The position numbers were made by a program, and so were the translations under genes. From contig CM075989.1 in assembly GCA_038087875.1 (NCBI GenBank), positions 4,464,001-4,528,000 on the forward strand: a stretch of DNA of 64,000 nucleotides, written 5' to 3'. Positions 1 to 14,656 of this stretch are shown here, piece after piece; position 1 is the first letter of the stretch; each line of letters begins with the position of its first letter. This DNA comes from Malacoraja senta (lineage: Eukaryota). The notes under the pieces were generated by a model. The model was not told the origin of the DNA, did not search any database, and saw nothing but the letters and a program-made list of their open reading frames with translations.

Positions 1-380
1 TGGCAGGTACGATAACATTTAAAAGGCACTTGGACAGGTACATGAATAGGAAAGACTTTATGGGCCAAATGCAGGCAAGTGGGATGAGTGTAGATGGGAC
101 GTGTTGGCCGGTATGGGCAAGTTGGCCCGAACGGCCTTTTTCCATGCTGTAAGACTATGACTCTATGACTCTATATGGAATGAGCTTCCATAGTTGAGGC
201 AGGTACTATAGCAGCATTTGGGCAGGTACATGGATAGGAAAGGTTTTATTAGAGGGATATAGGCCAACCGGGCAGATGGGACTAGTGTAGATGGGATATG
301 TATTGGAAATGGGGTGACATGGGCAAGTTGGGCTAAAGGGCCTGCTTCTGTGCTGTATGAATCAATGACCCTGTGACTCC
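1..380 (+). mobile_element. Two tandem CR1 LINE 3'-end fragments
   Basis: Both carry the CR1 3' segment (tggacaggtacatg...gggccgaagggcctg...ctgtatgactctatgact) that recurs throughout the window. Confidence 0.75.
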
Positions 381-558
381 TGTTCATAGTGTTCATTGGA
401 GGCTCTTGGTTCTTCCACTCACTGATAGATCAGCAGCAGCTAAGCTGAGGTTTGATGTTAAGGAGGCGATCATAGACCACCACGGAAGAGCAGAGGGAAC
501 GAGAGCCCAACTTGTACTGATACAAATATTTTCAAACCAGGAGTGATAATATGAACAG

Positions 559-860
559 AGGCACGGCCTTACAGCACTTACAGCGCCAGAGACCCGGGTT
601 CGATCCTGGCTACGGATGCTTGTCTGTATGGAGTTTGTACGTTCTCCCCGTGACCTGCGCGGGTTTACTCCAAGAACTTCGGTTTCCTCCAACACTCCAA
701 AGACGTACAGGTTTGTAGGTTAATTGGCTTGGTATAAATGTATAACAAAATTGTCCCTAGTGTAGGATAGATAGTGTTAATGTGTGGGGATCGCTGGCCG
801 GTGCGGACTTGATGGGCCGAAGGGCCTGTTTCCGCGCTGTATCTATAAACTAAACTAAAT
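559..860 (+). mobile_element. tRNA-derived V-SINE (HE1-like)
   Basis: B-box gggttcgatcc, V-domain ggagtttgtacgttctccccgtg..., CR1-derived tail gggccgaagggcctgtttcc and (taaac)n. Confidence 0.85.
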
Positions 861-1308
861 TTCCAATAGACTTTCACTTAAAGCACTGGGTGAGTGTATA
901 CTCCTGTCCTGTTATAATGAACAAACCAGCTGCCACAGTATTACATTTAATGTACATACCGCTGAGTGGCAAAGCAGTTCAATATATTCAAAGTAATGAC
1001 TATACTGGGCTTCGGGTAGGAACATTTAAAAAACAGCAGAATCGACTTGTTTCTTCGTTTTATGAATTGGAACTGCTAGTTGGAAGCAGCTATTTAGCTC
1101 CGCAATTCCCTTTTTAGTAACATTATTAATGAGGTGTGCAAGACATCGTTCCATTCTCCACATCACTGGGGAATGGGTCCTTCTACACTGAACAACAACC
1201 TGAACACTGGAGAGGGACTAGAAGGAGCAGAGTGAGACACTGTTAAAGCAATTGGTGAGTCATACTACAATGCTTTAAGTACTTGGTCATTCCATTGTCT
1301 ATATCTCC

Positions 1309-1622
1309 GGGCGGCACGGTGGCACGGTGGCACAGCGGTAGAGTTGCTGCCTTTACAGCGCCAGAAACACGGGTGCGATCCTGACCACGGGTGCGGTCTG
1401 TACGAAATTTGTAACTTCTCCATGTGACCTGCGTGGGGTTTCTCCGGGTGCTCCGGTTTCCTCCCACACTCTAAAGATGTACAGGTTTGTAGGTTAATTG
1501 GCTTTGGTAAAGATTGGAAATTGTCCCTAATGTGTAGGATAGTGCTGGTCGCTGGTCGGTGCGGACTCGGTGGGCCGAAAGGCCGGTTTCCATGCTGAAT
1601 CCCTAAACTAAGATAAAATAAA
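1309..1622 (+). mobile_element. V-SINE (HE1-like)
   Basis: A-box ggtggcacagcggtagag, V-domain, CR1-type tail. Confidence 0.85.
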
Positions 1623-2135
1623 CTCCAGGATCCCAACCCAAAACGTCATCAGTCCATTCCCTCCAGAGATGCTGCCTGACCCACGGAGTGGTTCTTAGTG
1701 TTGCACAACCAAATCAATTTGTTCATACTCTTATAAACACAAAATGTGCTTTCACGCTATTTTTTGTGAGATGGATTGTGTTAATGATCATTCACGAGTT
1801 ATTTAACGCCGGGCAGGTAATGGATCATGCACAATCAGGCCAGATCCCTCCAATGATGCCTAACATCTTCTTGAGTAGTGCAGCTAAAGCCATCATCATC
1901 TGTGCTGCGCCTATTTCCACCATTGCTAACCTAATGCAGTGATGCAGTGTGGATGCAATGTAGTTCAACCCAGGATCTTCAGTTCAGTTGAGTTTATTGT
2001 CACGTGTACTGAGGTACAGTGAAAAGCTTTTGTTGTGTGCTAACCAGTCAGCGGAAAGACTATACATGATTAGAATCGACCATTTACAGTGTACAGATAC
2101 ATGACAAGGGCATTCACTTGATGGACATCACTTAA

Positions 2136-2599
2136 TCGCCGCTGGATTTTGTAATGTTCAAAACTTTTCGGTGACAGTCAGCGACAGTTGGCTTGACGCC
2201 AATGTGCAAAGCTTGACTTCTCCTGACGTAGGTGCTGTCGTAGGTTGTCGCCAGGATGATGTCGGTTGTCGCCGGTGCTGACTTCGGTGAATTCTATTGG
2301 CGACTACCTACGCCAACCCACGTCAACCAGCGACAGGTACCGGCGACTGAATTGTCTCAAGTTGTCTTCAGTTGTCGCCAACAGGGTCGTACCTTGTCCC
2401 TAGCTTGTCGCGGGTGGTCGTAGGTGGTCGTCCTAATGGGTCGCCGGTTGTCGGCAGCTTGCCATAGCTTGACGTCGACTAGGTGGTAGGTTCTCGTAGG
2501 TTCTCATCTTTACGTCAAACATTTATCTAAACATTTTTTGTGAATGCTATGACAGTCGCCGGCAGTCGCCGAAAAAATCGCCTAAGTGGGACAGGCCCA
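2136..2599. mobile_element. PIF/Harbinger-type MITE, one end lost
   Basis: Terminal aagtgggacaggccca followed by TAA; body homologous to 33326-33812 and 51053-51401. Confidence 0.7.
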
Positions 2600-3519
2600 T
2601 AAGGCAGCAACTCTAACACTGCGTCATTGTGCCACCCACCCGTATGTGTTTGAAGATATCACCCTTTAGGCTAGGTGTGCAATGAAGGTAAATTAATGAA
2701 CATAAAAGCTGAATTGGTTCATTCAAGAACCAATTAGATGATGTATTGGGGTATATTGGGGAGAAGGAATTTCCGAATGGATGAACCAAGAATTCCAGAA
2801 CAAATTTATGTTGAACGTCATCATTTTATTTTCCCTCTAATTACCACTACTGTCTACTATTACTAAGACGTCTCAATCCCCCCAAGCCAATTTGTCAATG
2901 ATTCCATGATCTTTAATCTCTTTTACCAGCTTTTGAATATCCAAGCAAACCACTCAGTGAATTATCCGTCTCCACTCTCTCAGTTATTTTCTCAAGTACT
3001 TCCACCACTTTTGAAACTATGAATTATAAACCTACGCTGATTGTTCCCTATGATAACTATTTTCTTTTGAAGCATTGTATCTAGCATTGTCGAATGCCTT
3101 TAAGCCGTCTCCCTACTGTGGCTGCTCAGCACACTGCATTATTCCAAGGGCAAACCATAAATAAACCATTATGACTTGTTAAATCTGCAAGACTTAACTC
3201 CGGATAAAAGGCACATCACACAATATTTTCTTGTTAAAGGTGATAGAAATGGTATGACAGTCTCGTCTCAAAAGTATAGGGAATTATCTCATAATGGCAG
3301 AACCAAAGTAGACCACCCAAGTTTGTGATTGTGTTTAGAACTCCACAAGAACAGGAAAGAAGCTGAGAGGGAAACTTTACAGCAAAATAAAAATCACATC
3401 CTGAACTCCACAAACCCGTTCCAGCATGTACAAGGCACGACCAAAGTGTCATGATAGTCCCCATCTTATCCGATGAATATCGTTCCAACTCAACCCAAGA
3501 AGATAAGCATTAATTGAGG

Positions 3520-3840
3520 AATAGATTAGATTAGATTAAAGTTACAGCATGGAAACAGGTCCTTCAGGCCACTGAGTCCACACCAACCATCGATCACCAT
3601 TTCACACTAGTTCTATGCTATTCCATTTTCGCATCCACTCCCACTAGGGGCATTTTTTTTCTTTACAGAAGCAAATTAACCAACAAACTCCCACATCTTT
3701 GTGGTGAGGGGGAAACCGGATCACCTGGAGAAATCCCACACAAACACAGGGAGAACATGCAAACTCCACACAGACAGCACCCATGGTCAGGATTGAACTG
3801 TCCGGAGCTGTGAGCTCTACCAGCTGCATCACTGTGCCGT
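3520..3840 (-). mobile_element. V-SINE (second subfamily)
   Basis: Reverse-complement V-domain (gggagaacatgcaaactccacacagacagcacc) and tail. Confidence 0.75.
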
Positions 3841-4123
3841 CCCTATAGCAAGAACCCCGTTTACTGGCACTCCATCCAACACACAGTGCCTTCCCTTATT
3901 ACAGCCCTGCCAGGACTATGTGCCGCATTTGTGACTTTGCAGAAGAAATTCATTTCTGGTGAAGCCATGCAGTACAACATTGCTGGTGATCATAGGATGA
4001 ACATTGTTAGCATTCACAAAAAATGTTTAGATAAATGTTTGACATAAAAATGTTCTATATTGTGCATGAAGGAGCATGGACAATGCTTAAACTGCACTGC
4101 AGCGAGAGGCAAAGGCTCCTTCT

Positions 4124-4728
4124 ATGACCATCCGCGACTGTCACAGTCGTAGCAGGTCGCCGAAAAAGCAGCCACTGGACCCCCCCCCCCCCCCCCATTG
4201 ACAATGTCTACGACAACCTACCACCTAGTCGACATCAAGCTAGGGCAAGCTACCGACAACCGGCGACCCATTAGGACGTCCACCTACGACCACACAGGCG
4301 ACAGCCTACGACAACCAAAGTCAACCTATGTCCACCCGCAACAAGCTACGACAAACAACGACCCTGTCGGCGAGAACTGAAGATGATTCAGTCGCCGGTA
4401 CCTGTCGTCAGTTGACGTAGCTGGACGTTGGTGGTCGCCAGTAGAATTCACCGAAGTCAGCAACCGGCAACAACCTGGTGACAACCTGTGTAATCCTGGC
4501 GACAACCTACGACAGCACCTACAACAGGAGAAAACAAGCTACGTCAAGCCCACAGTCGCCGAAAAGTTTTGAACATTTCAAAATCCAGTGGCGACTAGAA
4601 AAACGTTACGACTCTTTAGGTGACTTGAGGAGACTACTCACGACCATACAGGCGTCACCCCGCGACCATGTGGCGATAGCCTAGTCGCCTGTAGTCGCCA
4701 AAAAAATCGCTTAAGTGGGACAGGGGCT
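4124..4728. mobile_element. PIF/Harbinger-type MITE, one end lost
   Basis: Ends aagtgggacaggggct followed by TAA; same family as 2136-2599 in the opposite orientation. Confidence 0.7.
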
Positions 4729-6304
4729 TAAGAATAAGATTGTTATTTCTTTAGTCAGAAGGTGGTGAATCTGTGGAATTCATTGCCACAGAAGACTGTG
4801 GAGGCCAAGTCAAGGGATATTTTTAAGGCGGAGATTGATAGATTCTTTATTAATAGGGGTGTCAGGGGTTATGGGGAGAAGACAGGAGAAGTAAGGCAGC
4901 AACTCTACCGCTGCATTATGGTGGAGACCTGCTGAGTGTTTTCAGCATTTTTTTTAAATTTTAATTCGAAAATGTTGGGTTCTTGGTTTTAAGTGATGGT
5001 TTAATTTTAGTTTGCTTATGGGCATAATCGGTATTCTTAAGGAAGTTAATGGGAAATTAGTCAGAAAGGAACAATGGAGAGGGATAAATGAGTAATACTT
5101 CTGCCGATGTATGTGTAAACACAATGTGAAAAGTTTATTGACAGAGAGCGAGGCAAATTCTCGATGATATCACTGGAAATGTATCCTTTGGTAATTTTTC
5201 ATTTCGCAATTGAAGCTAAAAGTTAAAAACCATTCTGAGGAGGTACTTTTCATGATAAACGTGGAGATAGCTTTCCTCCCACTCTCCAAAGACGTACAAG
5301 TTTGTAGATTAATTGGATTCTGTAAATTGTAAATGTCCCTAGTGTGGAGGGTGATGGCAGTGCACAGGGTAATCACTACTTAGCACGGAATTGGTGGGCC
5401 GAAGGGCCTGTTTCCACGCTGTATCTCTAAAGTCTAAAGTCACTCGTGATGCTGGATATAGGCATCTGGCCACTTCCAATGAAGGTGTGATTGACATACA
5501 ATGGATTCAGCACAGTACAATGGATCAGTCTGAAGAAGCGTCTCGATCCAAAACGTCACCTAGTCCTTTTCTCCTGAGATACTGCCTGACCCGCTGAGTT
5601 ACTCCATCATTTAGTGTCTATCTTCAATACAGCAACAATGTTTGATCCATCGGACATGCCAACAAATAAACCCAGTGGACTAAGACATCCAGAAGCAGCC
5701 ACATCACCAGCAGCAAAGTATTAAATATAACAGCTTACCCCTGTGCATACATGTGAACTCTTCCACCAATGAGTCTGTTGGGCATTGCAACTTCACACTG
5801 CTCACTGTAAATCCATCTGCAAGCAGAATGCAGGTAAATGTGATCTTCAGAAATTTTAGTTTTGTTTTTGAAATAGAAATCTTCTATGCACTGCTACATG
5901 CACATTTGATCCAGTTAAATGAAATGGCTGATTGTGAACAGATAATGTGTACAACCGAAAAACAAAATGAGAGATGTGAAAAAACGCAGAGAGCCATACG
6001 GACAACAAGGAGATACACTCAGGCATAGATGCAGATAGAGGCCATAACAGACAGAGGCATGGGAACTGACAAAAGAGAGACAGAAATAGAACAAGACAGC
6101 AGGAAAGATGCAGAGCTAAGAGACGTCAATTATAAACAAAATCTAAGCAGAGTGTGTGAATGCTTGAGTATATATTCAATTTAAAACACAAAAAGCAATA
6201 TAGTGATGAAACATTAATGACTAGTAAGGATACACCACCAATGTTCCCATCATTTCCACACTTAGTCAATTAGTCATAGACGCATACAGCAGGGTGATAT
6301 TGCT

Positions 6305-6773
6305 GTTCATATGTTCATATGTTCATAGGTTCTAGGAGCAGAATTAGGCCATTCGGCCCATCAAGTCCACTCTGCCATTCAATCATGGCTGATCTATCTT
6401 TCCCTCTCAACCCCATTCTTTTGCCTCCTCGCCATAACCCCTGACACCCGTACTATCTATCAAGAATCTGTCACTCCGCCTTAAAAATATCCATTGACTT
6501 GGCCTCCACAATCTTCTTTGGCAATGAATTCCACAGATTCACCACCACAGACCCCCATACATTAACACTATCGTACACACACTAGGGACAATTTACAATT
6601 TTAACAAGCGAATTATCCTACAAACCTGTACGTCTTTGGAGTGTGGGAAGAAACCTGAACACCCGGAGAAAACCCAGCCAGGTCACAGGGAGAACATACA
6701 AACTCTGTACAGCTAGCACCCATTGTCAGGATCGAACCCGGCAGCTGCTCTACCTCTGCACCACCGTGCCACC
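6305..6773 (-). mobile_element. CR1 3' end fused to a V-SINE fragment
   Basis: (atgttcat)n tail plus CR1 3' UTR at 6305-6548; SINE body at 6550-6773. Confidence 0.7.
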
Positions 6774-6799
6774 CTTCTCTTATCTTCCCCCCATAAAGC

Positions 6800-6960
6800 A
6801 GAAGTGGAGAAAAGGAAATGGCTAGGGTGGCAGGCATCCTTGACAATACTTGCAGACTTCCTGATGCAATGCACCAAGAAGAGAGACTGGATGCAAGGAA
6901 GTGACGAGCCTATATGATGGATGAAGACCAGGTTATAAATGATGCAGCACTCCCCAAACA
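6800..6960 (-). mobile_element. Old Rex1/Babar LINE C-terminal fragment
   Basis: Translation LPCIQSLFLVHCIRKSASIVKDACHPSHFLFS resembles the Rex1-type C-terminus at 52420-52773. Confidence 0.6.
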
Positions 6961-7310
6961 TATGCCTCAGCTAGAGCTGTTAGTCACTGATGGGATAAGC
7001 CATGTATTTGATGGTTGAATTAACAGCCTTTTGTATATCGAGTAGACGTTGACTTTAATGGTGTCGTTGACTAAGAACAAAGTAACACAATCGCTAAAGG
7101 ATACTCTGCAGACTTGGCTGTTGAATTCATTGTCTACCTGGGTCAGCCTCATTGTCCATGTAGCTTCCATTGGCATTCCTGCTTAACTCAGTGGCATTTT
7201 TCACAGTTATCCTGTAGTAACCAATAAGAGATAAATAACAATCACATCTAATTGTGATTCTACTAGAAATGTCGGTGTTTGTGAAATCCATACTCAAGAC
7301 CAACTGTAAT

Positions 7311-7569
7311 TTCATTCTCACATCTTCCACAGCCTACAATTGACCCTTGTGGGCTCCACCTTTTCTTCATCGTCGGATCCAGCTCAGATTTGTTCTGAAA
7401 CTTTTCACACCTCTAGTTTCCCTCTCCCCTGTCTCTCAGTCTGAAGAAGGGTCTCGACCCGAAATGTTACATATTCCTTTTCTCCAAAGATGCTGCCTGA
7501 ACAGCTGAGTTACTCCAGCATTGTGTGTCTATCTTCGGCATAGACCAGCCTCTGCAGTCCCTTCGTACA
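7311..7569 (+). mobile_element. Penelope-like pseudo-LTR with hammerhead core
   Basis: ctgaagaagggtctcgacccgaaa at 7441-7464; flanking direct repeat caactgtaat at 7301-7310 and 7570-7579. Confidence 0.65.
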
Positions 7570-7856
7570 CAACTGTAATGTCTGCCTGTCTCTTTATCCT
7601 AATCACACAATCTGGGCTCCAATAAATACTGAGATAGAGAAAGTATCAGTCACTCTGTTGGGTCATTTGTCTTCAATGATTGAAAGAGGCGATAACACCC
7701 AAAGAAAACAAAATGATAACAGAATATGTAATCAACTCTCAGCAGGTTAGACAGCTTCTGTGGAAAGAGAAGCAAATTTAGTTATGCCACCCACAAGTCT
7801 TGAGCAATCTATAAAGAGAGTTTTGGTGAAAGATGATTGACTAAGTGATTGACTTT

Positions 7857-7858
<2 letters not shown>

Positions 7859-7928
<70 letters not shown>
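7859..7928. repeat. (CT)n microsatellite
   Basis: Direct reading. Confidence 0.98.
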
Positions 7929-7931
<3 letters not shown>

Positions 7932-9829
7932 AATTTTAAAGGACTCTCAATGTAGAAAGGAAATGTCACAAATATCAACTATTTTCCCTCAGAAAAATGA
8001 TTGAGCAGTCTGGTCAAAAGGTCATAAGTGATAAGCGCACAATTAGGCCATTCGGCCCATAAAGTTATTCCGCCATTCAATCACGGCTGATCTACCTCTC
8101 CTTCCTGCCTTCTTCCCATAACCCCCGACACCCGTACTAATCAAGAATATATCAATTTCTGCCTTAAAAATATCAATTGACTTGGCCTCCACAATCTAGC
8201 TCCACAAGCTGGTCACTGGCTAACATATTTCAAAATGCAACAAGGGAGGGGTATAAAGAGATTGTGCACAATCAAGCCAAGGACTAAGCTTTAGATAAAT
8301 GCAGGCGTGAAACATCTACTCGCTGTGTCTTTCCGAATATTTAATTAGATTATGACTGATCTCCCTTCCCACTATTTAACTCCCTGTGCTCCACTCCTCT
8401 CCTCGCTCTCAATATAAATAAAGACTTCCCACCACCTCCTCAAAGGGAAAAGGAGAGAATTCTATATTTTCGTTACACTTTGGGTGAAAAAGTTCTAAAT
8501 TCCCCTTGCAAACAGTTCACCAGTTTAAGATTGATTTGTTTTATTCTGGAATTTTCCCACCAGAGGCGAAAAAACACCCTTCATCTCCAGATTATTTAGC
8601 AAAGGGAGAATTAATTACTGGGGAACACAATCCAACTGCAATGTTCGCAGCTTGGAAGAATCCTGGTTCGAATTTCATGATATCAATTAAACTGAATTTA
8701 AACATGAAACTGCTAAAAGGCTTTCGAATATTCAGTTAGCAATTAGTTAAAACCACGTCCCTCTTTAATTGAGTAATCGGAACATTTTGCTTCATTTCCT
8801 GTTTCCAGCATTCACCCTTGAAAGATCGGATTTGATCTGTGATTGGGGACGATTTGCGCCGAATCATTTTTACTCGCTACAGTATAAATTGTTGACGCAT
8901 TCTCGATACGAACAAAAGAGCAACGTGGATATTTTAGATTTTTGAATTGATCCATATGTGAAATATCCGTCTATTTCTCATTAAAACGCGTCGACGCCTG
9001 TGTGTATATGCCGTCTAACTAACAGGACAAGGGAGTTCTTGATGTAGATTCAAATACTCGGGTATAGTAAGTTTACTGATCACCCTCACATCAAACCCTC
9101 TTCTTTAAAAATCCTAGATTTTTAAATTCCCTATTTTTTATGATTGATTCAGCTACATTCTCCTTAGGTTTATTGCATATACTTAGTTAGGTATGTGATG
9201 CAAATGTGTTCGGCTGTGCCTGTGTGGATCAATTGATGTGATATTGGGTTACAAAAGTAACATGTAGGTTGCGTTACGCTCACGTCCACAGTAACAGTGG
9301 CCAGAAATATTTCTGACATTAACACTTACTGTCCCAACTGTGTATTAATCAGCTAGAGTCAATTGTGAAATAAATCGTAAACGAAGGAGCGACATATGTT
9401 TAAAATGCGAATACTGGAAGATTTGTCACACAGATCTCCAGTGGGAACGTCAAAAAACAGCCGCCTTCATGTTTAGGTGTTCAAGTCAAACGTCTCGTCA
9501 TAATCCTGTGTTCCATTTCTGGTTTTGAATGACCTGTATGTTCAGTTCATCGCAGAGACAATACATGGAGATGGAGGCGTTTATTGGACGGTTTCCCAGT
9601 CGTTGTTTGCGACATTTGTTCTCAATTTAATAAGATTTTTTTAATCTATCTACACCCAACGCTCTTTCTAAGTAACTGATGAAATAACCTTTTACCCGGC
9701 ATTCACAGGTGTAAGACAGCCGAGGGATGAAGTTAATTGTTTCGATGTCTTTAAAAATGCATTCTCCTCCACCCCATGCATCTATTCACTGTAAATGGCT
9801 CGATTGTCATCATGTATTTTCTTTCTGCA

Positions 9830-10212
9830 AAAAAATGCTGGGGGCGGGCCAGGCAGCATCTCTGGAGGGAAGGAAGGGGTGACGTTTCGGGTCGAGACCT
9901 TTCTTCAGACTGATGTCAGGGGAGAGGGAGACACATAGATCGGGAAGTGTAAGGTGTGAAAATAGGACAAAGGGAATGTGAATCAAAGAGAATGTGGAAT
10001 AGATCATGGTTAGCTGGGAGAAGGTAACAACAATGCAAACAGAGATAAAATGTAGTCGGAGACATTAAGACTTATGGGAAAATTGGGAAGGAGGAGTGAT
10101 GGAGAGGAGGGAAAGAACTTCAAGGGGTACTTGAAGTTAGAGAAGTCAATGTTCATACCGCTGGGGTGTAAGCTGCCCAAGCGAAATATGAGGTGTTGTT
10201 CCTCCAATTTGC
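9830..10212 (-). mobile_element. Penelope-like element 3' fragment (GIY-YIG C-terminus plus pLTR)
   Basis: Peptide EEQHLIFRLGSLHPSGMNIDFSNF, typical of the fish/shark PLE ORF end; hammerhead core at 9881-9908 on the minus strand. Confidence 0.75.
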
Positions 10213-10979
10213 TGATTGGACACGTGACAATAAACTAAACTGTACTGAACCTACAACTATTTTCTAAGGGCAGTGTACCAAATGCTATTGCACCAGAGAT
10301 TGGTTCAGGGAGACTTAAACTTATTATTGTAAAGGCAGAGAAGGAGAAAGGTCGCCCCATCGAGTTATAACAGCTCCTTGGAGAATGATTCCAGTAGTCC
10401 ATCTCAAACCATCCTAACATTGCTTGTTGCCTTTCAAAGTCTGCAGAATGGTCCCAACCCGAAGCGTCGCCTATCCACGTTCTCCAGAGACACTACCGGA
10501 GCCGCTGAGTTACTGCAGCACGCTGTGTTCTACACAAGATTCCTTGAATCTGTCTGCACTTTAAAAAATAAAAAATAAATCTCAAAGCTCGACCAAAGGC
10601 CCTTTGAAAAACGCGGTTTGGTTCTTCGTCTACCATCCTAACAGGCAGTGGATCCCAGATCACAACTACTCTCTGAGTAAAATGAAGTAGTTTCTCACAT
10701 CATCTGCGTCTCCTTTGTCCAGTTTTAAAACCTGTGCCGGCTTGGTTGTTTAATTCTCTCAGATAATTACCATAGCTTCCCCCCCCCCCCTCCCCCCTCC
10801 CCCCTTGTGCCCTGTCTAAATTAATCATGGGCTTCTGCAGTGCGGTCTACATCTCTGCTCCCCTTGCTTCGTCCAAGCAAAACAACGCCTGTGTCCCTAA
10901 AAGTACTAAAGTTGGGCAGCCAATGCATCCTATTAAAAAGGTGGTTTACCTGCTAATTAGTCGTGTCCAGGAGCCCGAG

Positions 10980-11260
10980 CAGCGCCAAAGACACGGGTTC
11001 GATCCTGACCTCGGGTACTGCCTGTGTGGAGTTTGCACGTTCTCCCTGTCACCGCGTGGATTTCCTCTGGGTGCCTCGGTTCCCTCCCACACCCCAAAGA
11101 CGTGCGGGTTTTGTAGGTTAATTGACCTCAGTAAAAAATGTCCCTAGTGTGCAGGGAGTGGATGAGAAAGTGGGATAATGTGGAAATGCTGTGAACGGGT
11201 GATCGATGGTAGGTGGACTTGATGGGCTGAAGAGCCAGTCGCCATGTTGTAACTCTTTAC
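10980..11260 (+). mobile_element. V-SINE
   Basis: B-box gggttcgatcc, V-domain. Confidence 0.75.
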
Positions 11261-11419
11261 CCATCAAGGATATTAAACTAATACAATCAATTCCGTGGTG
11301 TATTCGTGTTAAATATATGCATATGGTTAAAGGACCATTGATTTTGTGCATGTGATGGCGATTAGAAGAGGGAAATTCAGAAAAATCTAAAACCCAACGG
11401 CCTTCGTGGTTGCAGTGCG

Positions 11420-11825
11420 GTTTAGTTTAGGTTGGAGATACTGCGCGGAAACAGGCCCATCTCAGACCCACCTAGTCCGCACCGGCCAGCGATCCCCACA
11501 CTCGCACTAACCCACACACACTACGGACAATGCACATCTTTACCGGTCAATTAACCTTCAAACCTGCTGGAAGGAACAGCAAATGCTGGTTTACACTAAA
11601 GATAGTCACAAAAAGTTGGAGAAACTCAGCGGGTAACATCTCTGGGGAGAAGGAATGGGTGACCAAAGGTCTCGTCCCGAAACGTCACATATTCCTTTCC
11701 CCCGGGATGCTACCTGACCCGCTGAGTTACTCCAGCTTTTTGTGTCTAACCTATAAACCTAAGTGTTTGGAGTGTGGGAGTAAACCGGAACAGCCGGCGA
11801 AAACCCGCGCGGTCACTGGGAGAAT
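11420..11825 (-). mobile_element. V-SINE fragment interrupted by a Penelope fold-back insert (~11567-11747)
   Basis: SINE tail and body on both sides of inverted pLTR halves. Confidence 0.65.
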
Positions 11826-12544
11826 CGAAAAATTAACATTTAAACGATTACATTTTTTAATATATTTTTTAAGTAAGATGATTATTTTCCATTTCACGTC
11901 AAAGAAACACTGCCTCTGAGTCCCATGACCAGATACGCAGCCCTCTCTAAGACAGGTGAACAGCGTCCAAAAATCAAGATCAACTCCAGTCAGACGCGCT
12001 CGCAATCAATCACACTCTGCATACTAAAAGATTTAGGAACTGTCGACATTTAGTGTATCATCGCGTTACAGTAAAATACCTCATGTTTCAAACTGATATG
12101 GAGCCCTGATCGGCATTTAAACCCAAGAATTAACTTGATGTAGTTAGGTCTTCCCCTTTCATTTGTTATAACGCATTTGAGGAGTGTGCGTTTTCAAACA
12201 ACTCGGCTAAACAGGCGATGTCTCCTAAACTGTGCCCCCCAAAAAAGCAATTTTCTGGAGAAACAACGCTTCAAATGTGTATTCCTTCTCTCCAGAGGGT
12301 CAGATGAAGCGTCTGGACACGAAACGCCATCCATTCCTTCTCTCCAGAGATGCTGCCTGTCCCTCTGAGTTACTCCAGCTTTTAGTGTCTATCAACGTTT
12401 CAAGTATGTTCCAATGTCCCTCCAGTCAAAGTTTCGCTCTTGTATAATGTCAGAAATATGAAGAAGTGTCAAATGGTTCTGAGCCACAAAGACAAGAGAT
12501 GTAAAGCGATAATACAAAATAGAAAACCCAATTATAGAAATATC

Positions 12545-12810
12545 AGATAGATACAAAAAGTTGGAGTAACTCAGCGGGTCAGGAAGCATCTCCGGAGAAA
12601 ATGAATAGGCGACGTTTCTGGTCGAGACCCTTCTTTAGACTGAGAGTCAGGGGAAAGGGAAATGAAAGATATAGACGGTGATATAGAGAAATGAATGAAA
12701 TATATGCAAAAAAAGTAACGATGATAAAGGGAACCGGCCATTGTTAGCTGTGGGTGAGGTGAAAACGAGTTACAGACAGTGAGACTCAACAAGACGACTA
12801 GAAACTAGTA
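12545..12810 (-). mobile_element. Penelope-like pLTR/3' UTR
   Basis: gagtaactcagcgggtcagg...gacgtttctggtcgagacccttc motif shared with the other PLE copies. Confidence 0.7.
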
Positions 12811-13647
12811 TCAGACCAGACATCACCTGAAGCAAGTGGTGTTTTTGTTTACCGTCAGGATCCCTTAGAGACCAGTCCCACCCTAAGCTTGTTCAGTTTG
12901 TTCTCTACAAGCACCCACCACCCTGCTGAGAATTTTCCCTCCGTATTGGCTTTTTTTTTCACACAGTCTTTTGCAGAATGTATTTCCTCTGTGCGCTTGC
13001 GTGCATTGAACCTTGCTATGAAAAATAAAACGTGACTTCGCCACTTCCCCTGCACGTTGCCACAAGTCTACTGTGGAACGATGCTGCTCACTGGAGTCAA
13101 TGATACTTCGGAAAGTAGATCCCATATTCCCAGCAATGAAATGTTGCCCCTGTGATTACTTCGCTCTATGCCAGGTCTCGAACTACTGTGGACAATCCGA
13201 TATAAACGAATTGTCAAATTAAATACAGAGTGACCTCGGCTATGGTACGGTACTTTATTTGTCTCATGTACCGAGGTACAGTGAAATTCATTTTTGTATA
13301 CAGTTCAGTACAAATTTCACTGTACATAACCACTTAGATAGATGTTAGATAAGCACCTTAGATACATAAAACGTGTACAGCAGTAGTACACTGAGAGTGT
13401 ATACAGTCGCCAGTTTAGCGATATATAACATGGATTATTAACCTGAAATGTAAAATCGAATTAAAGGAGTATTTTATATATATATTTTTAAACAACATTT
13501 TCTCTTTTTTTTAACCACTTACAAGATCAAAGAGAGATACACGTAGTCTTTTGTTTTCTGGAGACGTCTCGTGTGAAACTCTAAAACGGATTGTCAGGAG
13601 CTCAACGTGGAAGAGTTTGAATTCACACCGATGACTTGGATACAGAG

Positions 13648-13824
13648 ATAGACACAAAATGCTTGGAGTAACTCAATCGGGTCAGGACAGCATCTCTGGG
13701 GAAAAGGAATAGACGTTTCGGGTCCTATTCCTTTTCCCCAGAGATGCTGTCTGACCCGCTGAGTTACTCCAGCATTTTGTGCCTATCTTCGGTTTAAACC
13801 AGCATCTGCAGTTCCTTCCTACAC
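13648..13824 (+). mobile_element. Penelope-derived fold-back mini-element
   Basis: Inverted pLTR halves; 14-bp TSD acttggatacagag at 13634-13647 and 13825-13838. Confidence 0.75.
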
Positions 13825-14425
13825 ACTTGGATACAGAGTTGGCCAAACGCCCAACAATAACGAGGCAGAAACTACCGACCGCATCAAATAGATTAAATCC
13901 AACAATTTCTTCATTAAACTTGTTTTATTTGTCCTGTACATTCAGGTCCCAGCAACACTCCTCAACTTCACTGAAAGCCAATGGGACGTTCAAGTTACTT
14001 TTACAGACTCCTCGATCCAATCGCAAACATTAAAACGTATTATTAAAACACAAAGTACCTGTGCTATAACATCAGGATAAGCGCTCAACTAAGAAAACCA
14101 ACCCCAATACCAAAGTAGTTCTAAACTACCTATACACACTTATGCTATTGGACAATAATTAACTCCATGTTCAGTAATAAGCTGTCTCTATGTGGAAGAA
14201 GCACAGAAACATTGTTGTTCTATCAGAGATCTCAATTGACAATTGTGTTCAGAAAACTCCTTAAACCGAACTGAGTCGTGGGTGGTTTAAAAACCCAATT
14301 TAAAAGTCAAGTAAAAATGTTGCCAAAAATCTGAACAAAAACAGCAGAAGGGCGTGCTATATATATATATTGCAGACAGTTATTTTTTACTTGTGCGATA
14401 TTGGTTTATAGTAAAGCTTTCTGAT

Positions 14426-14656
<231 letters not shown>
